Of a stretch of DNA of 64,000 nucleotides, positions 38,976-52,135 are shown piece after piece; position 1 is the stretch's first letter; each line of letters begins with the position of its first letter. The notes under the pieces were generated by a model. That model worked only from the letters and a program-made list of their open reading frames with translations, searched no databases and was not told the DNA's origin. This stretch comes from Octopus sinensis (taxonomy: Eukaryota): positions 40,858,001-40,922,000 of the forward strand of contig NC_043002.1 of assembly GCF_006345805.1 (NCBI RefSeq), written 5' to 3'. Position numbers and translations under genes: made by a program.

Positions 38976-40522
38976 TATAAAAGACTATATGTATGTATGT
39001 ATGGCGTTAGGACCATATGTATGTATGTATGGCGTTAGGAAGGGCATCCAGCCGTAGAAACACTGCCAGATCTGACTGGGCCTGACGAAGCCTTCCAGCT
39101 TCACAGACCCCAGTTGATCCGTCCAACCCATGCTAGCATGGAAAGCGGACGCTAAACGATGATGATGATGATGATGATGATGATGATATATATATATACA
39201 TACAAGTGGTTCTTTCAGTTTCTGTCTATCAGATCCATTCATAAGGATTTGGTAACCCTGAGTTTATAGTAAAAGACACTTGCCTAAGGTAATGCACAGT
39301 GGGACTGAGCCTGGGACCATGTGGTTGGGAAGTAGGCTTCTTATTACAACTTCGAGATTTTGATGATGTGATTGTTTATTTTTAGAATAACATTGTAGGG
39401 TGGATATAAGAGGCCAGATCTGGCAGGTTTGAACATAACACAATTTGAATATTTTGGGTCAGATATGGCTTGTTTAAATTCTAAAGTGTTAAATGATGAA
39501 GTACCAGTCTAAAGAAATTGTATTCTTTTATTCTTTTACTTGTTTCAGTCATTTGACTGCGGCCATGCTGTAGCACTGCCTTAAAGGGTTTTAGGTGATG
39601 AAATCGATCCCAGGACTTAATCTTTGTAAGCCTAATACTTATTCCATTGGTCTCTTTTGCTGAAGTGCTAAGTTACGGGGACATAAACACACCAGCATCA
39701 GTTGTTAAGCAATGGCGGGAGGACAAACACACACACACAAACATATACATACATATACGACAGGCTTTTTTCAGTTTCCATCTATCAAATCCACTCACAA
39801 GGCTTTGGTCAACCTGAGGCTTTAGTAGAAGACACTTGCCCAACGTGCCACGCAGTGGGATTGAACTCAGAACCATGTAGTTGGGAAGCTAGCTTCTTAC
39901 CACACAGCCATGCCTTTATGAAGAAATATCATTGTATTAATGTCCAAATTTCCATTGGTCAGATGGAATTTCCTAAGACAGATTTTCTATGGCCAGATGC
40001 CCTTCCTGTCACCAACCCTCACCTGTTTCCAACTAAGTTAATATTTCCCCATGACCAGACATGTTTTCACAGAATATTGGAAATGAAGGACATTGCTTGT
40101 ATGATGGTGATAATTATTTGCAACTATTGTGTAATGTCAAGACAAAGAGACAAACATGCTTATATTTTCTTTCAGTTTCTGTCAACTAAATCCACTCATA
40201 AGGATTTGGTCAGCCCAGGACTATAGTAGAAGGCACTTGCCCAAGGTAGAGCATAGTGGAACTGAACTACAAGACAATATGGTTCAGAAGAAAGCTTCTG
40301 AGTCACAGAGCCACTTCTGTGCCTGATATAGGTTTTAAAATCCTGGATATATAAGGCGCAAGAACGGCTGTGTGGTATGAAGTTGCTTCCCAACCACATG
40401 GTTCTGGGTTCAGTCCCACTGAGCGGCACCTTGGGCTAGTGTCTTCTACTATAGCCTTGGGCCAACCAAAGCCTTGTGAGTGGATTTGGTAGATAGAAAC
40501 TGACTAGAGCCCATCAGGTGAA

Positions 40523-40574
<52 letters not shown>

Positions 40575-41165
40575 TCCCCATCACCACTTGACAACTGATG
40601 TTTGTGTGTTTTCATTCCTGTGGCTTACTGGTTCAGTGAAAGAGACAGACAAAAGTACCTGCATCAAAAACATAAGTCTTGGGGTCAATTCATCCAAATA
40701 AAATTTCTTGAGTGCAGTGCCCCAGCATGGCTGCAGTATAATGACTGAAACATGAGAAAGATAAAAGATAAACGATATAAGAATACTGGATGATCATAGC
40801 TGAAACATTTTTGATTACAGATCTACTCAAACAGGACTGATGCAATTCTTAGTGAATAAGAAAGAAAAAGAAACTATGAAAAGCTAAGTTCTGACATGGC
40901 TATCTAGTTATTGGCATAACAACAACAAGAACATTAAGATAGAACACATTTATCGAGTGTCACTAGTTTGGTAAATACATCAGTTGATCAGTTGCACTTA
41001 GAAAACCACAATAATTATAAGGTTCATTTATTGCCAAACAATGCTAACTGGATGCTGCAATTAACCAACAATTAGTATCAGCACTAATGAATATGGAGAA
41101 AATTATATTTCAGATTTTTATGGTTTCCATTGACAGCCATAACAATTTGGAAATGAAGTTCTTTT

Positions 41166-41182
41166 TCACCAACTCTTAATTC
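41166..41182 (-). CDS. Gene 3 candidate last coding exon (GIKSW*, or ELRVGEKELHFQIVMAV... if phase 0); AATAAA at 41027-41032
   Basis: gtatcttttcag acceptor on minus strand; frame unresolved. Confidence 0.3.
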
Positions 41183-41458
41183 CTGAAAAGATACATATAA
41201 ACCAACTGATGATATCAGAACAATAACTAATGGGATATTATCAAGTTTGATATTAAAACATTATGACACGAAATACAAAAATATAAAACACACTTTATCA
41301 AAGACATTCTTGAAATACACATACTGCACTAACACAATCACACACACACACAAGCACATACATACAGACAAATATATGCACACTATATCCTGTTCTCATT
41401 CTGAAAGAAATTTTAAATGGAAATATTTGAAACCATTTTACTGGTATAAACACATAAC

Positions 41459-41573
41459 CTGTAGAACAATAAATATTTGCATTATTTGCACATGAGTAAC
41501 AAGTGGAACTATAATGGTATGCCATTTCTTTTATGAGATATTCGTCAGAAATTTCACATATTTCCTTTTGTTC
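41459..41573 (-). CDS. Gene 3 candidate exon (EQKEICEISDEYLIKEMAYHYSSTCYSCANNANIYCST)
   Basis: attctcttccag acceptor, CAG|gttatg donor, 38 open codons, phase 0->1. Confidence 0.5.
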
Positions 41574-41849
41574 CTGGAAGAGAATCTGATAAAATTAACT
41601 GATTTTTATCTTTCATATTTTGTCTTTAGCTATATTTATATTATCAAATAATATTTGTGTGGCACCTTGGGCAAATGTCTTCTGCCACAGACCTTGGGTT
41701 GGCCAAAACCTTGCAAGTGAAATATTATAGATGGAAACTGCATGGAAGCCATTGGAAAGAGCTTGTGAAACCTTTGACAACAGGTTGCTGTCCACTTTCA
41801 CAGAAGTAACTGGAAAAGTAAAATGATGATGATGATGATGATGATGATA

Positions 41850-42130
41850 ACTGAAAAACTAGACATTAGAGGAATCGGATGTTGTATGCAAGAAAAGAAG
41901 ACTGCACTGGTATGGACATGTGATGAATATGGATGAGGACAGCTGTGTGAAGAAGTGCTGATTACTAAATGTGGCCAAAACATATGGAAGGAAACCCAGG
42001 AAGACATGAAGAGAAGTAGTTGAGACTGACCGCAAGAACCTGAGCCTGATGAAGGAGATAATAAAGGACCAGGATCTCTGTTGATATGAAGTTCTTGAAA
42101 AGACCCACCCTTGTCAGCAAAACTGAGTTC
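41850..42130 (+). mobile_element. RTE LINE 3' fragment; similar piece 42655-42775 interrupted by the SINE dimer
   Basis: EKRLHWYGHVMNMDEDSCVKKC...RKPRKT. Confidence 0.75.
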
Positions 42131-43818
42131 TGGAAGTTTTATGTAAAGTGCTCTCCACCCATGTTACAGTGACTCATCTCCATTCCTACCACCAATGCAT
42201 TAGACCTGTCTCTTCTCCCTGCCCTGCCCCACTGCAGCTCCTGCAGACTACCAGCCATGTCATCTCTCTCTTGTCTTCCACTCTCACCAATAGCTGTATC
42301 ATCTTCACTACTCCTACTGCATGCCTCACACCACTCCCAAATCCCTTCTGCATTCCTCTAACTGCCCCAACTCATCTGCCCTTCAACCCTACCAATTCTG
42401 GCAGTCTGTCTCCCGAATCTCATAATTCTCCTTCTTATACAATCTTGCAAACAAATTCTTCAACTGACATTGTGCTTTGTGGGGCCATCTAGGCACCACA
42501 TCACCTTTATCTGTCTCCTGCAACTTCTACAGTTCATTTTTTTCTTTCTTGATGTAAGTAGCCATGTAAACCCTCCACAAGAATCTGCACTTCCTCACCT
42601 TAACAGCACAGGTAGCATGAAGAAAGTACCTAATCCATGCTGTAAATAGTAATAATAATTGAAAAATTCGGCATTAGAGGAATCAGTTGCTGTGTGCAAG
42701 GAAAGAAGACTGCACTGGCATGGACAGGAGATGCATATGAATGAAGACAGCCGTGTGAAGAAGAGCATATGGAAAAGTGGTGAGCTGGCAGAAACGTTAG
42801 CACGCCAGGCGAAATGCTTAGCGGTATTTCGTCTGCTGTTATGTTCTGAGTTCAAATTCCGCCGAGGTCAACTTTGCCTTTCATCCTTTCGGGGTCGATT
42901 AAATAAGTACCAGTTACACACTGGGGTCGTTATAATCGACTTAATCTGTTTGTCTGTCCTTGTTTGTCCCCTCTGTGTTTAGCCCCTTGTGGCTAGCAAA
43001 GAAATAGGTATTCTGTCTGCTGTTATGTTCTGAGTTCAAATTCCGCCGAGGTCCACTTTACCTTTCATCCTTTCGGGGTCGATAAATCAAGTACTAGTTA
43101 CACACTGGGGTCGATGTAATTGACTTAATCCCTTTGTCTATCCTTGTTTGTCCCCTCTATGTTTAGCCCCTTGTGGGCAATAAAAGAAATAAGAACATAT
43201 GGAAGAGGGAGACCATCTATAGGCACTACCTTACCATTATCTGTCTCCTGCAACTCCTACTGTTCATTTTTCTTTCTCTCTCCTTTTCTTTCTCGATGTG
43301 AGTAGCCATGCAAACCATCCACAAGAACCTGCACTTCCTCACCACCTTCTCATAGTTCAATCCCTTGCTTGCTAATATGAAGCTGACCCCCACCTCCAGT
43401 GTGTAATTCTGCAAGCTGTATGGTGACCTCAATCGTTCAGGTGGCATGAAAAAAAGCACCTGATCCATGTTGTAAAGTGGTTGGCATTAGGAAGGGCATC
43501 TAGATGTAGAAACCAAGCCAAAACAGATATTGGAGCACAATGCTGTCCTTGGACACATTAGATCCTGTCAGACCGTCTAACCAATACCAGTATGAAACAC
43601 GGACATTAGACAACAATGACAGTGGAAGCAATGATCATGATGACAACAATGACGATATACATATAATGGGCTTCTTTCAGTTTCCGTCTACCAAATCCAC
43701 TCACAAGGCTTTGGTCAGCCTGAGACTATAGTGGAAGACACTTGCCCAAAGTGCCATGCAGTGGGTCTGAACCTGGGACCATGTGGTCGGGAAGGAAGCT
43801 TCTTACCACACAACAACA

Positions 43819-43864
<46 letters not shown>

Positions 43865-44027
43865 AGTGGCTGTGTGGTTAGTAGCTTGCTTACGAACTAC
43901 ATGGCTCTGGGTTCAGTCCCACTGCGTGGCACCTTGGGCAAGTGTCTTCTACTATAGCCTCGGGCTGACCAAAGTCTTGTGAGTAGATTTGGTAGATAGA
44001 AACTGAAAGAAGCCTGTCGTATATATG

Positions 44028-44059
<32 letters not shown>

Positions 44060-44675
44060 CACATTTGTGTGTCTGTGTTTGTCCCCCCAACATCGCTTGA
44101 CAACCGATGCTGGTGTGTTTACATCCCCGTAACTTAGCGGTTCGGCAAAAGAGACCGATAGAATAAGTACTAGGCTTACAAAGAATAAGTCCTGGGGTCG
44201 ATTTGCTCGACTAAAGGCGGTGCTCCAGCATGGCCACAGTCAAATGACTGAAATAAGTAAAAGAGTAAAGAGTATATATACACACAATTATGTGGGCTTT
44301 GGCTGGCCCGGAATTATAGTAGAAGACACTTGCTCAAAGTGTCACATAGTGGGACTGAATCCAAGATCACATGTTTGTAAAGCAAGTTTCTCAACCACAC
44401 ACCTGTGCCTTTTACTAACTTTAAAAATATTAAGACTGATTGTACCTAACTCCATGAATTAAAATTAGAATAATTAGGTTAAATGTAAATGAAAAAGATA
44501 CCATATTAAATGCTTTGGGACTTTCTATTGTTTTTAATATTTTCCCTTGATTAGAAAAAGCAAAATATCCAATAATTGAGGAAGTGTGTATAATTAATTA
44601 ATTGCATATAAATATCACTGAACTGACGTTGGTTCTTATTGTATCAAGTTGATTGAAGAGGAAAAATATTTTAAC

Positions 44676-44742
44676 CTGAACAGGACACCATTCTACTGCT
44701 GCTGACTTTCTTTTGTAGGCAATTGGTGCCCTGTACTGCAGG
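44676..44742 (-). CDS. Gene 3 candidate exon (LQYRAPIAYKRKSAAVEWCPVQ)
   Basis: tgtctcatcag acceptor, CAG|gttaaa donor, phase 2->0 matching 41573. Confidence 0.45.
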
Positions 44743-44959
44743 CTGATGAGACATTAAACAATTCACTGTGATAATACAGTTGCTTTCAACTAGAGTCGCT
44801 CCTACCATGTGGGACCTACTTGCAGCTAAGTGGACTGAGCCATTTCAAAGTTCAGTGTGTCTTGAATGATGAAAGGCAAAGTTGACTTAGTGAGACTGGA
44901 ACACTAAATTCAAAGAGATAACTAGATAGATATATAGATAGAGGTAGAGAGGTAGAGGT

Positions 44960-44998
<39 letters not shown>

Positions 44999-46579
44999 AG
45001 GGAGGGAGAGAGAAATAGAGATAATGAGGGAGAAAGAAAAAGAGGAAGAGTAAGAGAGAGGGGAAGGGGGGAGAGGAATAGAGATAATGAGGGAGAAAGA
45101 AAGAGAGGAAGAGTAAGAGAGAAAGAGATTAAGTAGAGTAAAAATTCTTTATTAATTTTGGCACAAAGCCAGCGATCTTGAGGGTGGGGGAAGTCAATTA
45201 CATCAACCCAATACTTGACTAGTACTTTATTTTCTCAACCCTCAAAGGACAAAAGGTAAGTTGACCTCAATGATAATTGAACTCAGAACATAAAGAGGCA
45301 GAAGTAATGCCTCTAAGCATTTTGTCTGATGGGCTAATGATTCTGTCAGCTTGACACCTTTTAGAGAGCAAAGTCAATCTTAGTGAGATTCGAACTTAAA
45401 GAACTAGAACAAGTTCTTTAAGGGTTTGTTTTTTTTTTTTTTGCTGCTCTTATGATTCTGCCAAACTATCATTTCTTCAATTTCCCCATCCCACTTCTGT
45501 TATGTAGTTAACCCTTTCCAGATCAAAAGATTCCATAAGTATCTTTTCCAGACAATAAGACTCAATGTCATTTTCTCTTGTGCTATACAGATGAGAGATA
45601 CATTTCCACCTGGATAGAATACCAATATTGTAAATAGCTTTTCTCATAGGAGGAATTGAATTTAGAACTGCAAATGAATCAATGAACCAGTGCAGAATTA
45701 AGCTACCCTGTAGTACCCACATAAAATGAGATGGACTTGAGTTATTGTAAGTTAAGTAACTTGTTTACTGATTTAAAGAAGTATTAATGTTAACCCTTTA
45801 GCATTTAAAATGGTCATATCTGGCTCAAATATTCTATGTGTCTTATGTTCAAACCAGACACATCTAACCCCTCACACCTATCCTAAAATATCATTCAAAG
45901 GAAACGACCATTTCATCAAAATCTTGAAGGTATGAGAAAATGCATGATTAATTTAAAATGATGTAAATAAATAAGTATTACATTTGACAAAGTAATCTAA
46001 TGCTAAAAGGCAATGGAACAAACTATCAATCACTTACCTGGATGGCTACCTGTTGACAATAAATGAGCCTACAAACTATCAATCACTTACCTGGATGGCT
46101 ACCTGTTGACAATAAATGAGCCTTTGACCTCTTACCTGGTGACAAATTGTAAAGGGTCAACCTTTGACAATACGCTATAAAGTCAAACAGTGAATTTAAG
46201 GCATGGCTATTAAGTGGTGACAAGTCACAAGCTGTCAACCTTTTATCAAGATGTCCAACCTTTGACAAGAAGTGTATAAACTGCAATATCTCAACTAGTG
46301 ATAAGATATGAACTGTTTTCCTTTGATCTGGATATCTGGTGACATATATGTGTGTGTGTGTGTGTGCATGCATATATACAAAATAAATATCTATACTGGC
46401 TATAATCTTTATGGTTACCAAACATTAATGTGATGCTATGGAAACAAACAAAAAATGGTGGTGATGGAGAGGGGAGAATTTCCAAGTACAAAGGGTGTCC
46501 ATTAAGGAAACCAAGCAAAATTAATAACAGTAGGTGAATGGACTGTTTTATTGTTGCCCATTGTTTTAATCTTTGTTAC

Positions 46580-46647
46580 CCAACAGTAGCATGGGTTAGT
46601 GAAGTCAACGTAGACACACTTGGCACTTGGCCATTTGGACAAAATAC
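46580..46647 (-). CDS. Gene 3 candidate exon (two open frames)
   Basis: cttatctcttgccag acceptor, TGG|gtaaca donor; boundaries approximate. Confidence 0.35.
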
Positions 46648-47123
46648 TGGCAAGAGATAAGTTATTAACTTGTCTTATTGTACGTGTATGTGTGTGCATG
46701 CGTGTCTGTGTGTGTGTGAGGAAGAGAGGGAAAGAAAGAAAGAAAGAAAGACAGGCATGTTTGTGGTTCTGTATGTAAAATATCACTTTATATATTTCAG
46801 TGAAAGAGTAAAACATGTTTATGGGGACAGATATTTTTACAGCTGGTCACCTTTTGTACTTGCACACACAGACACAGACGCATATACATCCATACATAAG
46901 TATTCATATATTTGTATGTAAAGACACATGCACATATACATATATAAACTCATTTATAAAAGACATGTGTGTGTGTGTATTTGTAACTATATATTGAGAG
47001 AAAGAGAGAAAGAGTACAATGAATTTATAGAGGCATAGAATTTTACACAAACACACAAATACACATGTAGCTATATGTATATATATCTGCATCTATCTAT
47101 CTATCCATCTATCTATCAATCTG

Positions 47124-47243
<120 letters not shown>

Positions 47244-47317
47244 CATATACATATATACACAAACACATACATACACACATATATATACTATATACATAAA
47301 ACCCTAGCCATTGCCTA

Positions 47318-47377
<60 letters not shown>

Positions 47378-47657
47378 TATATATAAATATATATATATAC
47401 ATACAGGTAGATAGATAGATATATATATAAACTCTTGGCCCTAGTATTAATTTTGCAACTTTTCTGCCAATTAAAAACAATATATATATTCATATTTTTC
47501 ATGTATTTAGTTATATTTCTTCCACACTCACACATGCACTTACATATACATACACACACACATAAAACCCTAAGACTCTCCTATGTATGTATGTATGTAT
47601 ATGTATGTATGTATGTATGTATGTAGTATGTATGTATGTATGTATGATGTATGTATG

Positions 47658-47689
<32 letters not shown>

Positions 47690-49483
47690 TTTACTTATGT
47701 GACGATGAATGAGAAATAGTAAGTCTATCAGATTTGACAATGACTTAGCAACTGCCAAAAAAAAAAAAAGAATGTAAATATATGAAAAAAGAGAAAAAGA
47801 AATGAGGAAGAAACAAAAAGAAAATACCTAAAGTTACTGTGTTCATCCACTGTTGATCTATGATGATAGTGACTTCAACTATACAGCACTACTGCAAGGA
47901 ACACATCCAGGGAAGGGACCAAAAAATCACAACTGTTACTCCTGCCAATAATATACTTTCTTGCACCTGATGCTACAGAATTGATATTATTTCATCATCA
48001 TCATCAACATCATCATCATCATCATCATCGTTTAACATCTGCTTTCCATTCTAGCATGAGTTGGATGATTTAACTGAGGTCTGGCGAACCAGATGGCTGC
48101 ACCAGACTCCAATCTGATCTGGCAGAGTTTCTACGGCTGGATACCCTTCCTAACGCCAGCCACTCCGAGAGTGTAGTGGGTGCTTTTACGTGCCACCGGC
48201 ACGAGGGCCAGTCAGGCGGTACTGGCAGTGGCCATGCCCAAATGGTGCTTTTTATGTGCCACCTGCACAGGAGCCAGTCCAGCGGCACTGGCAATGACTT
48301 CGTTTGAATGTTTTTTCACGTGCCACCAGCACCAGTGCCAGTAAGGCGACATAGGTAACGATCACTCTCGAATGGTGCCTTTTTATGTGCCATCGGCATG
48401 GAGGCCAGTTTGTTGCTCTGGCAACGATCATGCTCATATGGTACTCTTAGCGCTCCACTAGCATGGATGCCATGCGACACTCCCTCAGAAGCTAACAAAG
48501 GTCCATCATCTGTGGCTCTAAGGTGTTTAATCAATGAAGTCCTTAACTATGTAGCACTTCAGCAGGAGATTAACTTACATGATATGGGGGCAGAAAAACC
48601 ACAACAGCTTCATCATATACAACTACACCTTCTCTGCACTTGGTGCAGACACATGGCTTAGTGGTGAGGGTGTTGGACTCATGATTGTAAGATTGTGGTT
48701 TCGGTTCCTGGACTGGGCAATGCATTGTGTTCTCCAGGAAAACACTTCATTTCACATTGCTCCAGTTCACTCAGCTGGTAAAAATGAGTAATCCTGCAAA
48801 GGATTGGTGTCGTGTCCAAGTGGGGAATATATATGCCATGAAAACCAGGAAACTGGTCTTTATGTGTTGGTATGACTTGAGAAAAAAACTTTATCTTGGC
48901 ACCTGAAACTATGGAAGTGGTGATATTTCATTGACACAGATGTATGAAATACCTCAGCTATCACAACAAGACAATTTGAATTTTGGTTGGCGGTCTGTCA
49001 ATACTGTGTGATACAGTCTTATTTGCTAGACACCGATGCTAGATTAGCACAAGGTTTATTAAAGTGAGAAAGAGCTGCATGTATACATGTTATACATGTA
49101 CATCAGGCCCAACTCTCTTGTTCTCATACAATACACACAGTGGCAAGATAAAGTCAAAACCACAGAGATTAAATGAGATTGCAGGAGGGAATTGGCTGTA
49201 GAAAATCTGCCTCAGTGAATTGTCTGGCCCAATGTGTACATTAGAATGATGATGGTGAATCAATAATGATATATATCTGTATATGTGTGTGTGAATATAT
49301 ACATACATATATATATATATCATCATCATCGTTTAATGTCCGCTTTCTATGCTAGCATGGGTTGAACTGCATATATATATGTTTGTATGTATAATATATA
49401 TGTACGCATGTATATATATATATAAATATATATATATAAGCTTGAGCTTTTCTGGGTTTATTTAGCCACCCAGTAACCAAAAA

Positions 49484-50130
49484 AAAAAAAAAATTTGGTC
49501 AAATTCCAGTATTTGAAAAGTAGTGCAATAGGTGTAAAATAACATGTAGTAAATGAATATGAAAAAAAAATGTGTGCTGGCAGGGACAGGGGAGAGGACT
49601 TGGAAAATTCACATCAGGAATGTTCCAAGTCCTCTCACCACTAGCCTGTTCATCGGTGAAATTTTTTTCTTCATATTCGTTTACTAAACATTATTTTACA
49701 CCTAGTACACTATTTTTTTATTCATTTTTTGCGATGGAGGGTGGGGTGTGGACTCAGATAATTCACATGATCCAGTTACCCCACTTCGACACCTGGTCTC
49801 AAAAACGCAAAAAATAGTGTAATAGGTGTAAAACAACATGTAGTAAATGAATATGAAAAAAAATGTGTGCTAGCGACACTATTTTTTTTTCATTTTTGTG
49901 ACTGGGTGTTAATATTGAGTCCTCTCCCCTGCTCCTCATTTGCCAGCATGCATTTCTTTCATATTAGTTTACTACATGTTGTTTTACACCTATTACACTA
50001 TTTAAAAAAAATTTTTGTGACCAGGTGTTAATGTTGAGTTTTTGGATTCTGTGAGATTGATTGTGTGAATTTTCCGAGTCCTTTCCTCCACCTGTTCGCC
50101 AGCGTGCATTTTTTTTCATGTTTTTTTGCT
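49484..50130. repeat. Foldback segment with alternating direct and inverted ~60-bp subrepeats
   Basis: AATAGGTGTAAAA(T/C)AACATGTAGTAAATGAATATG direct at ~49527 and ~49820, inverted at ~49670-49710 and ~49960-50000. Confidence 0.75.
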
Positions 50131-50229
50131 CGGGTCAAACACTGTTTGCCTAGTTCAGGAATCGAAACCACAATCTTACAATCACGAGTCCAACACCCTC
50201 ACCACTCAGGTCAAAACAGTAACCAAAAG

Positions 50230-50700
50230 GGCAGATGTAAAGAATGCGGACCGCACCCCCTTTCGTTTTTCTTTTTTTAACATAATCTTCCATTTCTGAG
50301 TATGGAGATTCTGATTCTGCAAAACCCCACCCCAAAAATAACAGCATTTTAAAATTTTAATTTCACCACCAATTCTTCAATTTTCACTTTTTTCAGAAAT
50401 TTCTGTTTGCAAAATACTTAGGAAAATACAGAGATAATGATTCTGAAAAAAACAAATTTTTCTAAAGTTTCAATTTTTAAGAAAAAAGTGTAAACTGAAG
50501 AATTTGGGAGGAGTTTGGGGGTGGGGGAAATAATTTTAAAATGCTGTATTTTTTTTTTAGAATCAGGATCTCCGTACTTGAAAATGGGGGATTACTCTTT
50601 TACTAGTTTCAGTCATTTTGCCGAACTGCTAAGTTATGGGGACATAAACACACCAGCATCGGTTGTCAAATGATATTGGGGGACAAACACAGACACACAA

Positions 50701-50733
<33 letters not shown>

Positions 50734-50945
50734 TACACATATATATGATGGGCTTCTTTCAGTTTCTATCTACCAAATCCACTCACAAGGTTTTGGTCAG
50801 CCCGAGGCTATAGTAGAAGACACTTGCCTAAGGTGCCACGTTGTAGGACTGAACCTGGAACCATGTGGTTGGTAAGCAAGCTACTTACCACACAGCCACT
50901 AAAAAAAAAAAAAAGCAGGTGCGGTCCACATTCTTTATGTCTGCC
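50230..50945. mobile_element. MITE with GG..CC ends, long TIRs and 8-bp TSD (Merlin/MULE-like), carrying a SINE A insertion
   Basis: GGCAGATGTAAAGAATGCGGACCGCAC / GTGCGGTCCACATTCTTTATGTCTGCC; TSD ACCAAAAG at 50222-29 and 50946-53; inner inverted arms ~50288-50395 / 50480-50590. Confidence 0.75.
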
Positions 50946-51946
50946 ACCAAAAGAAGAAAAAAATAAACAACAACAAAAAAGCTGAAAGGAAACAACCACT
51001 AATTTTTTGAATAATTTATGCGAGTGTGATTAGCAAGTTCATGTTGTACCCAACATGTTTTCAAATTCAGTCCACTGCAAAAATATCTTGGGCAAGTGTC
51101 TGCTACTAGAACTCTAGAGTGACCAATGCCATATAAGAGAGCTTCAGATACAAAAACAGCAGGGAGCCCAGTGTGAGTAAGTATGTGTGTTTGTTTGTGT
51201 ATGAATGTTAGGCAACTGTTACTTGTTACTTGTCCTGTTTTCCATTTGTTTCTCTCGTTGTTTGTGTATTCAACTCATTTGTTCTCGTATTTCATGTTGT
51301 TTACTGCTTGTGACTGCGAAGACCTCTTGGGGCAAGTGAAATCGAAATTGAACCAAATTCGATGACTGGCACCCGTGCCAGTGGAGCACTAACAGCTCTA
51401 TCTGAGCGGGATCACTGACACAGCAGCTGTCTGGCTTCTGTGCCGGTTGCACGTAAAAAGCACCATTTGAGCGTGATCATTACCAGCATCGCTTTACTGG
51501 CACTTGTGCCAGTGGAATGTGAACAGAACATTCGAGCGAGGTCATTGCCAGGGCCTCTGGAATAACTCCTGTGCATGTGGCATGTAAAAAACACCATTTG
51601 AGCGTGACCATTGCCAGTACTGCCAGAGTGGCCCTTGTGCCAGTGGCACGTAAAAGCACCCACTACACTCTGAGTGGTTGGCATTAGGAAGGGCATCCAG
51701 CTGTAGAAACTTTGCCAGATCAGATTGGAGCCTGGTGCAGCCATCTGGTTTGCCAGTCCTCAGTTAAATCGTCCAATCCATGCTAGCATGGAAAATGGAC
51801 ATTAAACTATGATGATGATGATATATATATATATTATTCATATCATTATTTGATTGAACTCTACACATCCATTTCCAAGCATATATATACATGCATGTAT
51901 GTATACATATATTTATATATGTACGTATATACATATATATATATAA

Positions 51947-52135
51947 TGGGAAGGTTTACGAAAATAAACAAAAGACGAAGGCAGGTGGAGTACAAACAAA
52001 CAAATGTATTAGTATGGCGCTCAGGAATAGAAATAGAACAAGTCTTTTATGTTTCGAGTCTACGCTCTTCGACAGAAAGATACACAGAAAAGAAACAAGG
52101 AGAGAAAAAAAGGAGAGAAAAAAAGGAGAGAAAAA
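51947..52135 (-). mobile_element. Penelope-like terminal fragment with hammerhead-like motif; truncated relatives at 38189-38300 and ~31415-31450
   Basis: Shared gaaaa(t)aaacaaaagac...caggtgg...gtattag...agtcttt(t/a)atgtttcgag; abuts (TA)n. Confidence 0.55.
52043..52080 (-). ncRNA. Minimal type I hammerhead-like motif (variant)
   Basis: TCTTT-CTGTCGA-A-GAGCGTAGACTC-GAAAC-ATA-AAAGA: stem I TCTTT/AAAGA, short stem II, GAAA core, A6->U deviation. Confidence 0.5.

Noticed and set aside
47880-47970. FHA-like peptide YIIGRSNSCDF on the minus strand
   Set aside because: The following S-x-x-H motif is absent and a stop follows; the sequence doubles as a pyrimidine tract for a downstream acceptor
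51330-51420. Possible HDV-like ribozyme in the 5' part of family D (ggcacccgtgcc...gc(a/g)ctaa)
   Set aside because: P1 and P2 could not be paired convincingly
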